From Rhynchopus sp. YZ270_cl-10 (lineage: Eukaryota), in the NCBI GenBank assembly GCA_964035575.1, contig OZ037843.1, forward strand, positions 1,488,001-1,552,000: a stretch of 64,000 bases of DNA. Reading direction: 5' to 3'. The first letter of the stretch is position 1; each line of letters begins with the position of its first letter. A program made the translations under genes and the position numbers. The notes under the pieces were generated by a model, which did no database searches, was not told the DNA's origin, and saw only the letters and a program-made list of their open reading frames with translations. Positions 21,517 through 34,249 of this stretch are shown in pieces.

Positions 21517-22968
21517 AAAAACGGGTGTGCTGTGGAAAACTCCGCGCGATTTTCGAAACCACCGTAGCATCCTGGCGATTTGCTGGAGGTGCTGATGTGC
21601 CTGGTGTGATCGATGTGTTGTAGTCTGTGCATTCTGTGTTCCTTCCGCACTGCTCCAACGACGACGACAATGTGGGGAGCCTGTGGACAAAAACGAGCTG
21701 GACCACGCCGAGCCTGCCGAGCGGGCGTCCAACAACGCTATCGAGCAGATGGTGCTGGACGAAGAGGACAGCCCCCCTTCTTGAACGTTTCAGATGCTGG
21801 CGTCCCAGTGGGTCTGGCAGCGTACGAAGAGCGTTAGCATACATGCAGAAGAGCAGAATGCTGGGCGTGTTGTAGATTATTTCTACAGGATGGAGTTCCA
21901 CATCACACCCCGTTTTTTTTCCGATAGCAATTACTTGTTTTTTTTTCCCCCGTTTTTTTGCGCAGATGTCGCAGACATCCACTCCCCTTCACCATACAGC
22001 GCACAGCTCCGATACACGACTCGCTCTTATTGTATTGTTTTGATATTTTTCTGTTTTATTTTATTTTTTTTTGTTTTTTGTTGTCTTTTGTTTTGGGCAC
22101 ATGAACAAGCATGAGACGCATATGACCCTCTGTGCAGGGAGGTAGCGTGCACCACCCGACAATGGTGTAAGCTGCTTATGATCCCGAAGCACGTCCCTCC
22201 AGGCAGTAACCTTCAACCAGGTTGAAGAGAAGCGGGCATTTTGCCTAGAGACACTGCCCACAGCACAGCGTCACACCACTTCCCAGGGGTGGGTCTCCCA
22301 GGGGTGGATAGTATAGACTGCCCACCGTATCTGCCGATTACTGTGGTGTGTGCACGAGAGGGGCACATATCGCTCGTTATATTTCTTCTTTCCTAATTTT
22401 TTGTGGGGAAAAATAATAAAAAAAACAAAATTGGTAAAAAACAAAAAAATAAAAAAAAACACTTTTGTAATGTGTGTTATGCCCTAACCAAAAAACTGAC
22501 GTAGAAGGTGCCAAAATATTCACATCGGTTTCACATCATTCACCCACCATATAAAGGGAAATCACTGAAAAGATGTCCACCCTTTCAGGACTGAAACAGG
22601 GTTAATGTCAGAAACCAATCTACCTACTACCGAAGTTTCAATTTTGTGCATGAAACATTTTTTCTTTTTACGTTTTGCAAAAACATACACCCTTTTAAAA
22701 AAAGATGTGAACATTATTGATCCCTCCTCCTATGCTATCGATTTATTGAATGCATATGTTGACATACTTTTTTGTACTTTTATTGTACCGTTTTACCCAT
22801 TACGCAACTGGACACAACTGGCACCATACTCACCTTAAATTGTGCCTATTTTAGGCACAATTTCAGTACAATTACACCACAATTACACACAATTACACCT
22901 AAATTACGCTGGGGAAAAAAATGGTACACCACCCTACAGGGAAGCATGCCACCACATGTAAGTGACCT

Positions 22969-23580
22969 CTGTACTGTACTGTACTGTACTGTACTGTACT
23001 GTACTGTACTGTACTGTACTGTACTGTACTGTACTGTACTGTACTGTACTGTACTGTACTGTACTGTACTGTACTGTACTGTACTGTACTGTACTGTACT
23101 GTACTGTACTGTACTGTACTGTACTGTACTGTACTGTACTGTACTGTACTGTACTGTACTGTACTGTACTGTACTGTACTGTACTGTACTGTACTGTACT
23201 GTACTGTACTGTACTGTACTGTACTGTACTGTACTGTACTGTACTGTACTGTACTGTACTGTACTGTACTGTACTGTACTGTACTGTACTGTACTGTACT
23301 GTACTGTACTGTACTGTACTGTACTGTACTGTACTGTACTGTACTGTACTGTACTGTACTGTACTGTACTGTACTGTACTGTACTGTACTGTACTGTACT
23401 GTACTGTACTGTACTGTACTGTACTGTACTGTACTGTACTGTACTGTACTGTACTGTACTGTACTGTACTGTACTGTACTGTACTGTACTGTACTGTACT
23501 GTACTGTACTGTACTGTACTGTACTGTACTGTACTGTACTGTACTGTACTGTACTGTACTGTACTGTACTGTACTGTACT
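22969..23580. repeat. (GTACT)n microsatellite, ~122 perfect units
   Basis: Uninterrupted pentamer array of 610 bp. Confidence 0.99.
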
Positions 23581-24167
23581 GGTGTCTCCCAATCCCCGGT
23601 GTATACTGTGTATACTGTATACTACCTGTGTGTGACCATACCCCAGATGGTCTGAAGAGTTATCTGACCATATTCTCCAGGTTTGCGGGTTTACATATTT
23701 TAGTTTGCCTTGAGATGGCGTGGGGAATGCATGCTTATCCTATATAGAGATGCGGGGGACGGGTGGTCCTCTGCATCTGACACGCCCTGCAGGGTCGTGT
23801 GAGTGAGACAGTGTCACTCCTGGAGAGCGTCCGCCTATGACGCTGTCGTCTGCCACGCAGAGGACAGCGTCACAGGCGAACGCTCTCCTCGCGGATGCAC
23901 GATTACGCCCACACGGATCAGTGGTCCTCTGCCCCCTGCATGCAGGGTCGTGTGAGTGGCTCCGTGTCACTCCGACTGTGAGTGACGCAGTGTCACTCAG
24001 TGTCTCTCATGGAGATCCTTCCACACGGCTGTGGCACTGTGGCAGCGCTCTGCAGTGTCTTGTGTCTTGCTCTCAAGGGTTTTGTTGTCTTCTTCATTAA
24101 TTGCGTGATTTTTTATTGTGTTATTTTCATGCGAAGTGGCTTTACAGTCAAATGATAAATAGATGTA

Positions 24168-24246
24168 GGACTACATGGTTGGGGTGCACCGGTACACAGG
24201 GAATGTACCAAGGCACACTGTCACGAGAGAGCTGTTGTATTTCAAG
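24168..24246 (+). promoter_or_regulatory. Conserved upstream motif ending TTGTATTTCAAG
   Basis: TTGTATTTCAA(G) at 1045, 9090, 24235, 27649, 48125 and 50552, usually preceded by CACCGGT...GG(C/T)ACACTGTCAC; function inferred from position only. Confidence 0.4.
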
Positions 24247-24458
24247 TCAAACTTTGTTTGCGCCAGAAAGTCCCTAAAAAAAACAGAAAGTGGAGACAGC
24301 ACAACTGTGGCAACACAACCGAGGTAACTACACTAGTCCAATGAAGATGAAATACACCCCCATACCCACATACGTTGCCTTGTCTTGCCTCCTGTCTGTC
24401 TCTACACCACACCACACATCCCCAGACACTCTCTTCCCTTTCTGTACACCTCAGAACA

Positions 24459-27071
24459 ATGGTGTCATGCGGGATCCAGTCGCTGACAATACTGCTGTGT
24501 GTGGTGCTGATTCTGTCGACAGGTGCGATCATCGGTGGCTTTACTCTGTCAACATGGGACGACCTTCTGGAGAAGGCACGTGACACAGGTGACGAGGGCT
24601 TCGGGATGTGTCTCGACAGTGGTACGGCGGACATCGAAACGGTCTCGGCACGTTACCTGCGCTCTGTTCTTGGCAACGTGGACACAGCGGTGAAGGAGTA
24701 CCTGAAGGTGCCTGAGCAGCTTGTGCTCTCGCTCGCTAACTTGGCACAGGCACACCACCCAAACGTCAGCACGAGCCCTGCCTTTGCGTCTTCAGTGTTG
24801 CGTCCTACTCTGTTGTCTGCTTACAAGGCTGGGGCTACCTCTGGGCTGGAATACATGTCGTACGAAACGTACCCGTGGTCCCCTGCACATCCTGTTCCGT
24901 GGAAGAGGGGTGACGGGTTTGCAGGGTGGGGCTCGCGGACTGGCTTCAGGGACGTAAACCCTGCGAGCGGTGTCACTCCGACGAACGGCACCAAGGTGCT
25001 CCTTGTGTACGAGATGCGTGACCCTGCTACGCTGGCAGTGGGTATATCGGACAGCTCCGTCTTCACAGAATGCACTGACACCGGGGAATTAAAGAACCCC
25101 ACACAGCCGTGCAACCACTATCCCAACTACAACAACAACGAGGTGCGCGGAATGTGCATCTTTACCATGGATCAAGTAGAACCTTTGGACTCGCCAGGTG
25201 CCGAGACTCGTGGCAGACAGCTCTACTACCTGGGTGCCGACGAGCCAGCCATGAACCCTGCAGACACGCTGCTCTACTCTAGCCTGCAGGTGCAATGGGA
25301 CTTCATGAGCTGGGAGCTGAGCTACGCCTTCACCCACCCAGATATGTACACGATGCACCCCAAGCAGGGCAAGCGCGTGGGTACCATCATCGCTATCGTG
25401 ACTGCGGACGGAGTGACAGATGCAGTGCGTGCACAGCTGCTCCCGAAGGACACGTCGCTGTACATGGTGGAGGAGGACCGTGTGTCTGGTGTAGTCGAGA
25501 CACTTGTCGCGTACAACAGAGGACGGCAGATGAGGATGGTGCGACGCCTGAGTGGTATTGGCACGATGGTGGAGCTGGCAGAGAGCATCAACGTGACGAA
25601 CCACTCGATGGGAGACGCGACGTCGCACATCCCCTCAGTGATTGCAGAGCACGGGCGGTTTGTGTTCACACACCCGCAGAACTACAAAGACCTTGTGGAG
25701 AAGACAGAGGACTCCTTCCTGAAGTGGTCTGACTCGAACGGCACGGAGTTCTGGACAATCACGTCGACAATTGAACACAGAACGATCCTGTGGTATTCAA
25801 CCCTTCTTGTGCCGAGGACGTCTGTGATGGAGACGATTGATGCGTCGACGAATGCAATCCGTGCGAAGGTGGCATCAGATCTGTCCTCTGCAGACGCACA
25901 GAAGGAGGATGCGGTGACTGTGATGGTGATTGTGACGGCTGTTGCGGTGATCGGACTTCTTGCCATTGCTGTTGTGTTCACACGCTACATCACGTCACCT
26001 CTGCTGAAGCTTGGGAGTGAGATGGCAAGTGTGGCTGTGATGGACCTGGAGGCTGTGGACACGGGCCGTGCAGTGTCGCAGCTGAGTGAGGTGGGGATGA
26101 TGCAGCGCAGCTTTGTTACCATGGTGGCGAACCTGGTGGAGTACCGGAACTACATGCCGCAGAGTGTGCTTGTCAACGACAGTGACAAAGAGGACGTGTC
26201 CGAGACGGATTCTACACAGGATATGAAGTCGCAGTCAGGCTTGTCTAATTCACGTGCCTCACCCAGTTCAGTTGTTGAGATACAGAACCAGAAGGCACTG
26301 CTGCGTGTAGAAGGGATGAAGAAGAAGAAGGTGTCGCTGGCACACATGAACGTCGTGTCGTGGCACGCCTTCTGCAAGAAGCGCAGGGACGCAGAGGTGC
26401 TCTCCGCACACGCAGGTGTGATTGAGAGGATCCTGACAGCAGTGCAGCACAACAAGGGTGTGTGCGACACGTTTGCTGGCGACAAGATGCTTGCCACCTT
26501 CAACGCCTTTGTTCCGAAGTCGTCACACAGTGTTTCCTGTGTGCAGGCTGCACACGAAGTAGCAACAGCACTTGGTGATGTGCACAAAATCTCGTATGGG
26601 TGCACGACAGGCGAGGCACGTGTCGGGAACATGGGTTGCAACGGGATGAAGAAGGTGTCGATTCTTTCGCAGTCCATGTCGTGGGTGGTTGTGCTTGAGC
26701 GTTGGAACAGAATGAACAACCTGCCTGGTGTCATCGACCGTAACTTATCACGTGAAGCGGAGGGACAGGTGGTGCTCCGTTGTGCAGGTGCTGTGCTGTA
26801 CGAGAAGTTCAGTGAGAAGTCACAGCCTGTGTATGCTGTGAAGGGTCTGTGCAGCAGCGAAAACGAGGAGTGGATGTACCAGCTGGAGTCTGCCTCAAAC
26901 AACCCGCACGCACTGTGGAACGAGGTCTTCGAGCACATCATCAAACAGGACTTTGAGAAGGCGTCTTCTCTGCTGGACAGCGTCGCTCAGGACCAACGCA
27001 CACCTTACGAAACACTTATGGGCTATGTGCGGGAGAAGGCTTATGCACCGTTCGTTGTGGCACTCCACTGA
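24459..27071 (+). CDS. Receptor-type cyclase-like protein, paralog 3 (more divergent ectodomain)
   Basis: Same architecture; ATG 24459 (MVSCGIQ) after the same upstream CA-rich tract and CAG. Confidence 0.85.
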   Translation: MVSCGIQSLTILLCVVLILSTGAIIGGFTLSTWDDLLEKARDTGDEGFGMCLDSGTADIETVSARYLRSVLGNVDTAVKEYLKVPEQLVLSLANLAQAHHPNVSTSPAFASSVLRPTLLSAYKAGATSGLEYMSYETYPWSPAHPVPWKRGDGFAGWGSRTGFRDVNPASGVTPTNGTKVLLVYEMRDPATLAVGISDSSVFTECTDTGELKNPTQPCNHYPNYNNNEVRGMCIFTMDQVEPLDSPGAETRGRQLYYLGADEPAMNPADTLLYSSLQVQWDFMSWELSYAFTHPDMYTMHPKQGKRVGTIIAIVTADGVTDAVRAQLLPKDTSLYMVEEDRVSGVVETLVAYNRGRQMRMVRRLSGIGTMVELAESINVTNHSMGDATSHIPSVIAEHGRFVFTHPQNYKDLVEKTEDSFLKWSDSNGTEFWTITSTIEHRTILWYSTLLVPRTSVMETIDASTNAIRAKVASDLSSADAQKEDAVTVMVIVTAVAVIGLLAIAVVFTRYITSPLLKLGSEMASVAVMDLEAVDTGRAVSQLSEVGMMQRSFVTMVANLVEYRNYMPQSVLVNDSDKEDVSETDSTQDMKSQSGLSNSRASPSSVVEIQNQKALLRVEGMKKKKVSLAHMNVVSWHAFCKKRRDAEVLSAHAGVIERILTAVQHNKGVCDTFAGDKMLATFNAFVPKSSHSVSCVQAAHEVATALGDVHKISYGCTTGEARVGNMGCNGMKKVSILSQSMSWVVVLERWNRMNNLPGVIDRNLSREAEGQVVLRCAGAVLYEKFSEKSQPVYAVKGLCSSENEEWMYQLESASNNPHALWNEVFEHIIKQDFEKASSLLDSVAQDQRTPYETLMGYVREKAYAPFVVALH

Positions 27072-27951
27072 GTTTGACGTTCACTCGGAGGTGCCTGCGA
27101 TCACCTACCGTTCACGTAATAATGTTGGAATGCTTACAACATGCTCTACCGCTCCAGCATTGATACATTTACGGTATTGCTTTTTATTCACCCATGTATT
27201 GTTTACTTTGCTCTGGGAGGTTTGCGCCTAATGTTGTCATGGTCGTTGCAAGAAATATAGTGGTTTTTTTTATTGAAGTTGACACATATGTGAAATTGCT
27301 GTCTTGCCAACTCCCATGAAGCGCAACGTGCCCACCTCTTAGCCACAATGCACGACACTATTGTGGCAGGGATACGTTTGCTTTTATTTTTATTTCGGTG
27401 TATGTGTCACCTAAGGCATAGATTCATCTTTCCAGTGTGGAAGCGTGCAACTAACAAACTCTCCCCCTTGTTTCGTTTCCCGTTTTCCTGTGTGGGTGAA
27501 GATAGCTATTGACACCTGTAGTATTTCTGAATGCAGGGGGACCTATTTTAGTGGGCCCCCAAGGCGTACATAAAACTAGAGTGTAAAAACAAAGAAAGCC
27601 ATGTTCTGTGTTTCCTCCTATGTGTAACCACACCCCTATGTTGTACTGTTGTATTTCAAGTCAATTTTATTTGTCGATGACTCACAGTACTGATTTATTT
27701 TTTTGTTGTGTGACTGAGTGTGGGGATGTGTTCAAGAATGCATCTGCCAGACAAACTAAAAGCGCTCCTTTTTTTTTGCTTCTCTTGGGAAGCCTTTTTT
27801 ATTGCGAATACCGTTTGAGTTCCAAAAGCGACGTCAGTAGCCACTCTCCAGAAAATAGTCTCTCGAGCGGTGGTGCACTGCGTCGAGCATTTGGGTGGAA
27901 AGACGCAAACATAGAGTAACGTTTGTTTTGTTCGATTTGTTTATTTCATTA

Positions 27952-28182
27952 CCGACCCTCCCCCGTGAAATTGTCCCCCTCCAAAAATCGGTTAAAAAAA
28001 CCAGTATTTTGCCCCCACGGATAATTTCAAGGCAGGGGGGGACAATTTCAAGGGAGTCGCGGGGACAACCTTTGCTCTCCCTTCTTCACACCAAAACGGC
28101 CACCCCCCTACAGTACGAGAAATTGTCCCCCCGGGCCCTCACTTTTTCCCCCAGGGGGGACAATTTCACGGGGGAGGGTCGG
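27952..28182. mobile_element. Tc1/mariner-type MITE; second copy at 46835-47046
   Basis: TIR CCGACCCTCCCCCGTGAAATTGTCCCCC with TA on both flanks. Confidence 0.8.
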
Positions 28183-29347
28183 TAGGTTTTTTACATCAAC
28201 TGTTGTAGGCCGCAGGGTATTTGCACTTTCATCCTGATGGCTGGCATCGTACAGTGGGCCAGTCGGAGGTGCCTGCATCAACAACCACAGTTTATTTTTC
28301 TTTGAAAACTTGGTTGTTTTAGTGTACACACCCGAAGATGAACTCCACTATACTACACGCGTCCAAGTTTATTTTTTTTCTTTTAGTATCTACGTCCACC
28401 GATGTACAGTAGGGGCGTTTTGCACTTTCGACTTTTTTTTCCCGTTTTGTTCCGTTCTGTTCGGGCGTCACGCTGACCCGTACTATAGCTATGGTGACTA
28501 AGCACACATGAGGCTTAGGCGCATCTTAACACTATTTATTTTGAATGTGTGTTTTTGGGTTTAAATAGCCGTTTAGGGGGGTTCTACTCCACTAAATAAA
28601 TCGAGCAAAAATATGGTGAACTCAGAGGAGGGGGTCATTCGGTTCGAAAAACACAATTTTGGGCAATTAGAGCCAAAACAACACCCTAAAATACAAGAAT
28701 CAGTTTTGGAAAATCCCACTTTTTGGCTGAGTGTGTAAAGTAACCAGACCAGGTTGTGAAAAATAGCCGTTGGTTTTTTTTTGCTTGGGAAGATCGAGCG
28801 CGAAAACGTCCAAATACGTCATTTTTTTTTGGAAAAAAATTACCCAGCAATTTTTCTAAATACAAGGTCCCCGACCCCCATTTTCACAAAAAAATTGGCC
28901 ATATTTGTACGGCAAATCTCTTTAGTTAAAAATATTTTTGTATTTTTTTTTCTCTCACATCTCGCCCTTTGCATGAGCTCGACGGAGACTACTGTTTAGC
29001 TTTCCTCTTTACCTTCTGTTGGCTGCAGGATTTGCACTTTTATCCTGATAGCTGTCATCGTACGTAGGTCAGTTGGAGGTGCCTGCATCAACAAGTATCA
29101 TTTTTTGGAATAATTTACAACGTTAGACACCTCGCGTTTTTTTCTTGTGTGAGCTCCACGCAATTTTTTGAGATCAACACAATCTCAAAAAGGTGCACAA
29201 TTGAGGGCATCCTTCGTGCACCTGTATGATCCCCTGTTTGCTTTTTTTTTCTCCTTGTCCCGCTAAACCCCCAATTGCAACACTCCAAGGGGTTCGATGA
29301 CCCACAGAGTGTAAGTGCCTGCGTTCCAGAGTCGTTCACAGTACATA

Positions 29348-29449
29348 CAGTAAGACAACAAACACCGGAGGGGTAAAAACTAAGGTGGATTTTGGGATTT
29401 CAAAGCTCTAAGGAGGGTTTTTACCCCACCGATGTTTGTTGTCTTACTG
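29348..29449. mobile_element. 102-bp Tc1/mariner-type MITE related to 335-754
   Basis: TIR CAGTAAGACAACAAACA / TGTTTGTTGTCTTACTG, TA flanks, GGGGTAAAAAC internal motif. Confidence 0.75.
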
Positions 29450-30781
29450 TACTTCGCCCCCCCCCCCCCCCCTTTTTGTTGTTTACACTCCTTCACTCAA
29501 GAAAGAAACTAAATTCCTCCATGTCTGTGTAGCGATGTGTATTATCTACCCATTATTGTGTTTAAAGTGTGATCGAAAAACAAAGGTGTTGTATTGAACC
29601 AAAAGTTTTTGCAAAAAAAGGCGAGCACTCGTTTTTTTTTTTTTTGTTTCTTCGTCGTGAATGACGATTTGCGAAAGTACTTTTTTGAAAAGGAATCAAA
29701 ACCTACAGACCTTCCGTTACACCATGCATCTTAACTTCTTGTTGTATTTTCTTTATTTTTTTTTTTTTTGAAAACTTAGTCAGGCTCTCCGCTAGGATTT
29801 CCGATTTTGAAAATATTCTGTTGATGGTCCACGTTGGTGGGGTACATGCTTGCGCCGCAGGCGCACGGTGCGCAACTTTTTTTTTTACCAACGCCCGATT
29901 TTGACTTTTTTGGGACGTTTGAGCACTCACCTCTCCATATCTTCTTCTCCTGAGCTTTTTTGACAGGTAGAACGGGTCTGAACCACTTAGCAGAACTTTT
30001 TTTTTTTTTCTTTTTTTCCCCATTTTCAAAAAGTTCTGTTGACAATCAACAGAACTTTAGTACCTAGCGGAGTGCCTGAACTTAGTGTCACTCTAGAGTG
30101 TGCTCGCTATATTTTTTCGTGTCAGGCTTTTTACTTCACTTTTCTTTTCATTTTGTGCAATGTCTATCTTTCATTTCGTTCATCGCTTCGTTTTTTGAAC
30201 GTCATTTTTGTATCATTTCTCTTCTTTTTGAATAGGAATCTAAAAAAAAAAGATGGGCTGTTGTTGTTTTTTATACACTTCCCTAATGCTTTCAAATTTT
30301 ATTTGAAAGTATATGAATTTGTGAATAGGTTTTTGAAATTTCATTATTTTTTTGTGTGATCTGGGGTGAGGAAGCGTTCCAACTTTTCAACCTCTTCCCC
30401 AATTTACCTTTCACGCCTTTTTTACCCTCCCCCGTTTTAGAATCAACAGAGAGTGTACGTTAAGATTTTCGATCGACACAAAAAGACAATACAAAATACC
30501 ACCTGATTTTGTCAAAAAATTGATGGTGTTTAGTGGTGTTAAAATACCACTACACTCCAAATTGCAGGCAAAATCAGGTAGGGAAGCCTCTTTTTTGGAC
30601 AGATTTTGTCCGTTGAAAGAAAACAAGGGCCTCCCGTGGTCAGAACGTAATGTTATAACAATTTGTGTACAAACTTAGCTCTCTTCTACCAGATGTGTGT
30701 GCACGAGAGACATGCACATCTTCCCCTCTTTTCTCTTTGCGATATTTCAAGTTTCTTTACAAAAAAAAAAAAAAAAAAAAA

Positions 30782-31590
30782 ACAAGTAATTGCTATCGGA
30801 AAAAAAACGGGGTGTGATGTGGAACTCCATCCTGTAGAAATAATCTACAGCACGCCCAGCATTCTGCTCTTCTGCAGGTATGCTAACGCTCTTCGTACAC
30901 TGCCAGACCCACTGGGACGCCAGCATCTGAAACGTTCCAGAAGGGGGGCTGTCCTCTTCGTCCAGCACCATCTGCTCGATAGCGTTGTTGGACGTCGGCT
31001 CGGCAGGCTCGGCGTGTTCCAGCTCGTTTTTGTCCACAGGCTCCCCACATTGTCGTCGTCGTTAGAGCAGTGCGGAAGGAACACAGAATGCACAGACTAC
31101 AACACATCGATCACACCAGGCGCATCAGCACCTCCAGCAAATCGCCAGGATGCTACAGTGGTTTCGAAAATCGCGCGGAGTTTTCCACAGCACACCCCGT
31201 TTTATCTTAGCAATTACTTGTCCTTGTTGTTATTGTTGTTTTCAACCACCTTCCTTCAACCCTTGTAGGGATCAGTTGTTATTTTTTTCGCGAAAACGTG
31301 AAATTACACATTTCAAGAGAACAAATTAAAAAGGATCCTTATTTGCATTTTTGGGATCCGTCCGTGCAGTGGTGGGGTCAATCTCGAAAATTGGACAATT
31401 TTTTTACCACTTAAATTTTGAGAAATATGAGCCCGGTTCCTTATACGTGGGGCCCATTTTTGGCCAAAATTTTCCTCAAAATCTGGTTTTGTAAAATTGA
31501 CCCTTTACTCCCCCCCCACATCGATTTCAATACTATACCTTACTTCACCTACGGTTGCCCTTACAGGGGGGGTGAAGGAAGGTAAGTTGA
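30782..31590 (-). mobile_element. Uninterrupted reverse copy of the composite repeat (MITE 30782-31221 plus TIR element ~31242-31590)
   Basis: Reverse complement matches 14290-14376 + 15567-15903 + 21538-21938. Confidence 0.8.
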
Positions 31591-34249
31591 ATACAGTGGA
31601 CAGTGGAGATTGCACAAACTGTGGAAACACAACCGAGGCAACTACACTCGAAACTGTGAAAAAGAAAACCGACGCAGGAGTCTTTTATTGTAAACTGTTT
31701 TCTTCTCCGCCAACACACAAAAACACTTGACAGAAAAATCTTTTTCACACAAACGCCTTTTTCTGTCTACTCTCTGTTTTTTGTTCATCTTTTTTCAAAA
31801 ATACGCAGGGAAAGAACAATCAACGATGTGATACAGGATATGGGTGGTTCAGTGATTCCACAGAACCGACACCATTGATGTGTCTCAACCAAAACCAAAT
31901 CAAACAAAAAAGAGAGAGTTTTTGAAGTAAGGAAAGAAAAAATTTGTCAAATAAAGAATTAAAAAATTAGAATCAACGGAAGGTGACTGCCTACAAGCTG
32001 GTTTACTTTCTTTTTTTATTTTGCTCAGACAGCATTCGTCAGTGTTGCGATACTTCACTTATTTTTTTCAGTCTCGTGAGCTCAATTTGCGCTCCACTAT
32101 TCAACCACACTCGCCTAGGAAAAAAATGCGTGAAGTTATCGCAAAAAAAAAAAAAAATAAGCTCCCCCCAGGGAAGTTCCTAAGTATTCCTAAGAGAATT
32201 TTGCTGTTTTTTCCGAGAACAAGGGGCAACCCTGGCTCCCCCCCACTCAGGGCTGTTCCTAAGTGAGAATGAGAATAAGGAAGCCAAAGATCAGGTTTTC
32301 GGGTGGGGAAAAAAAAAATTCCCACCCCCAAAAAAAAAAAAAATCCGCCTGCGGCGCAGACTTTTCCCTATATCTGCCTCCCAAAATGGATTTTAGATCT
32401 TGGAAATGCCGCACTGAAGGAATTTTCGTGGTTGCCGCACTTTTTTTTCGCCTAAGGGGGAAAGTGTGTAGGCCTAAAAAGAAGCTTTCTGTCTGCACTT
32501 CTGTCTGAGAAAAAAGTGACCAGGGAAAAAATGTTGGGGTCCCATGCTCAAAATGTGCGAAATAAGCAAGAACAAGGTATTCTGTACACTGTAGTTGTAG
32601 CTCTTCTGTGTTTGACAGTAAAAATATGCAATGGTAAGCAACATTTTTTTGAAATGTTGCGTACCGTGGCTTCGCCAGAAACTTTCGTTTTAGCAAAACA
32701 GGGAAGGAAAATTTATGGAAACTGACGATAATTACCGACGACAGTGCCAGACACATTTACGTCAACATTTTTTAGAAATGTTGCGTACCGTGGCTTCGCT
32801 TTGGGTGCCATGACCGCCATTTCTTTTGTACATGTACTGAGGTTACTGATAATTCGTGCACCACGCGTGCCTGGTGCAAATGTCAATGAAGTGCCGAACT
32901 CTGCAGTTGGATAACCGAGGAATTCTCACATTCCGCCGGAGGCTCCCAACTTGAGCTGGATTGGGGACCGAATTTTGACCATGTATAATAAAAAGCTGCC
33001 TCCGGCAGGCTTTGCGCTAAGGTCGGTTCTTTGTCCCGGGATTTTTGGATATTTTTGTGGTTTTTTTCTCTTTTGCAGACCGGACTAAACCAGAGAACCT
33101 CATAGTTCATAGTAGGTACTTTAGAGTGTTTTTGCGCACACATGTGACCCCACCGTGGAGAGCAATCAGCTCGCGTAATCAAAAGAAAGCAGAGAAAAAG
33201 GAAAAAGGAAAAGAAAAAAGTTGGGTACCGTGCGCCTGCGGCGCTACCTGTTCCCAGTCAAAAACAGCACACTTTCACTTTCATTTCATTTTCAGTTTGA
33301 AGGGTTTTCAGACTGAAAATGACCCTTGTTTTACGAGTACGGGTTCATATTTTGTGAAAATTTAAGTCGCTAAAATTTTGTCCATTTTTCCGTATATCCC
33401 CCACCACAGAACGGGATTGGCTCAAATCTGGCAAAAATGCTGGAAAAAACTGCCTCTGCGGGTATAAAAGAAAAAGGAAAAAAAACGAGAATAAAACCAG
33501 CGATTTTTGGGGGGGAAAACGAGAATAAGGAACAGCCCTGCCCCCACTAAAAGGCGATGAATATAATATATTATAGTTGTAACATTTTCACCCTGTTTGT
33601 TACTTTTGCGTGAAAACGGCATTAATTGTTTATTTTTGACACATAACAATGTGGTACGGTACAGTCGTGCAAATGCCCCTCCCCCACCAGGCAGCTGTAT
33701 CGGTGTCGCGGGGTTAGTGACCTGGGAAAGAGGGTGGTTCCTGTTGTCTCTGTGTCAAAATAGGGTGATCGTTTGTCACAAAAAGGTTGAAGGTGGAGTG
33801 TGTCCTTTTCTTAAGTTGTGTCCTGTTTGCGTTGTGTTGTGTGTTTTTAGTGATTTGGTCTTGTGAAAACGTTCCATAATTCAACCCCCATTTTTCCGCC
33901 ATGTGCCTTTTACCCGTTTTTAGAATCAACAAACTGTGTGCGTGCAGGATTTAAGTGCAGCTACACAGAAGCTACACAATAAATACAACGGCATGTTTTT
34001 TTTGTCTTTTTTCATCATTTTTTGCGCTTGAAAAAATTTACAAAAATGGGTAACTGTTGACACAGAATGCGGGCAAGTGCTCCTCGCTTCCATTCATGTC
34101 CACCCAAGACTCTGCAACTGTTCTCAATAGCGTGCCCAAGAAGCCTGTGTGAACGCGCTGTGGCTTACATATATTCCTTATTTCGTGATTTCCCTGACCC
34201 ACCCACACCCAGCTATGCACACACAACAGGACACACACCTCCCTCCACA

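Larger units (their letters stand above)
14290..21938 (+). mobile_element. Composite repeat (two abutting TIR elements) interrupted by a foldback element and a LINE
   Basis: Removing 14377-15566 and 15904-21537 leaves a sequence collinear with the uninterrupted reverse copy at 30782-31590 and partly with ~1290-2415. Confidence 0.75.

Noticed and set aside
22772..23747. ORFs of VLYCT / STVQY repeats
   Set aside because: Translation of the (GTACT)n microsatellite
23745..24060. Minus-strand remnant of a Thr/Ser-rich gene (ETLSDTASLT)
   Set aside because: Short, interrupted and without a recognisable domain
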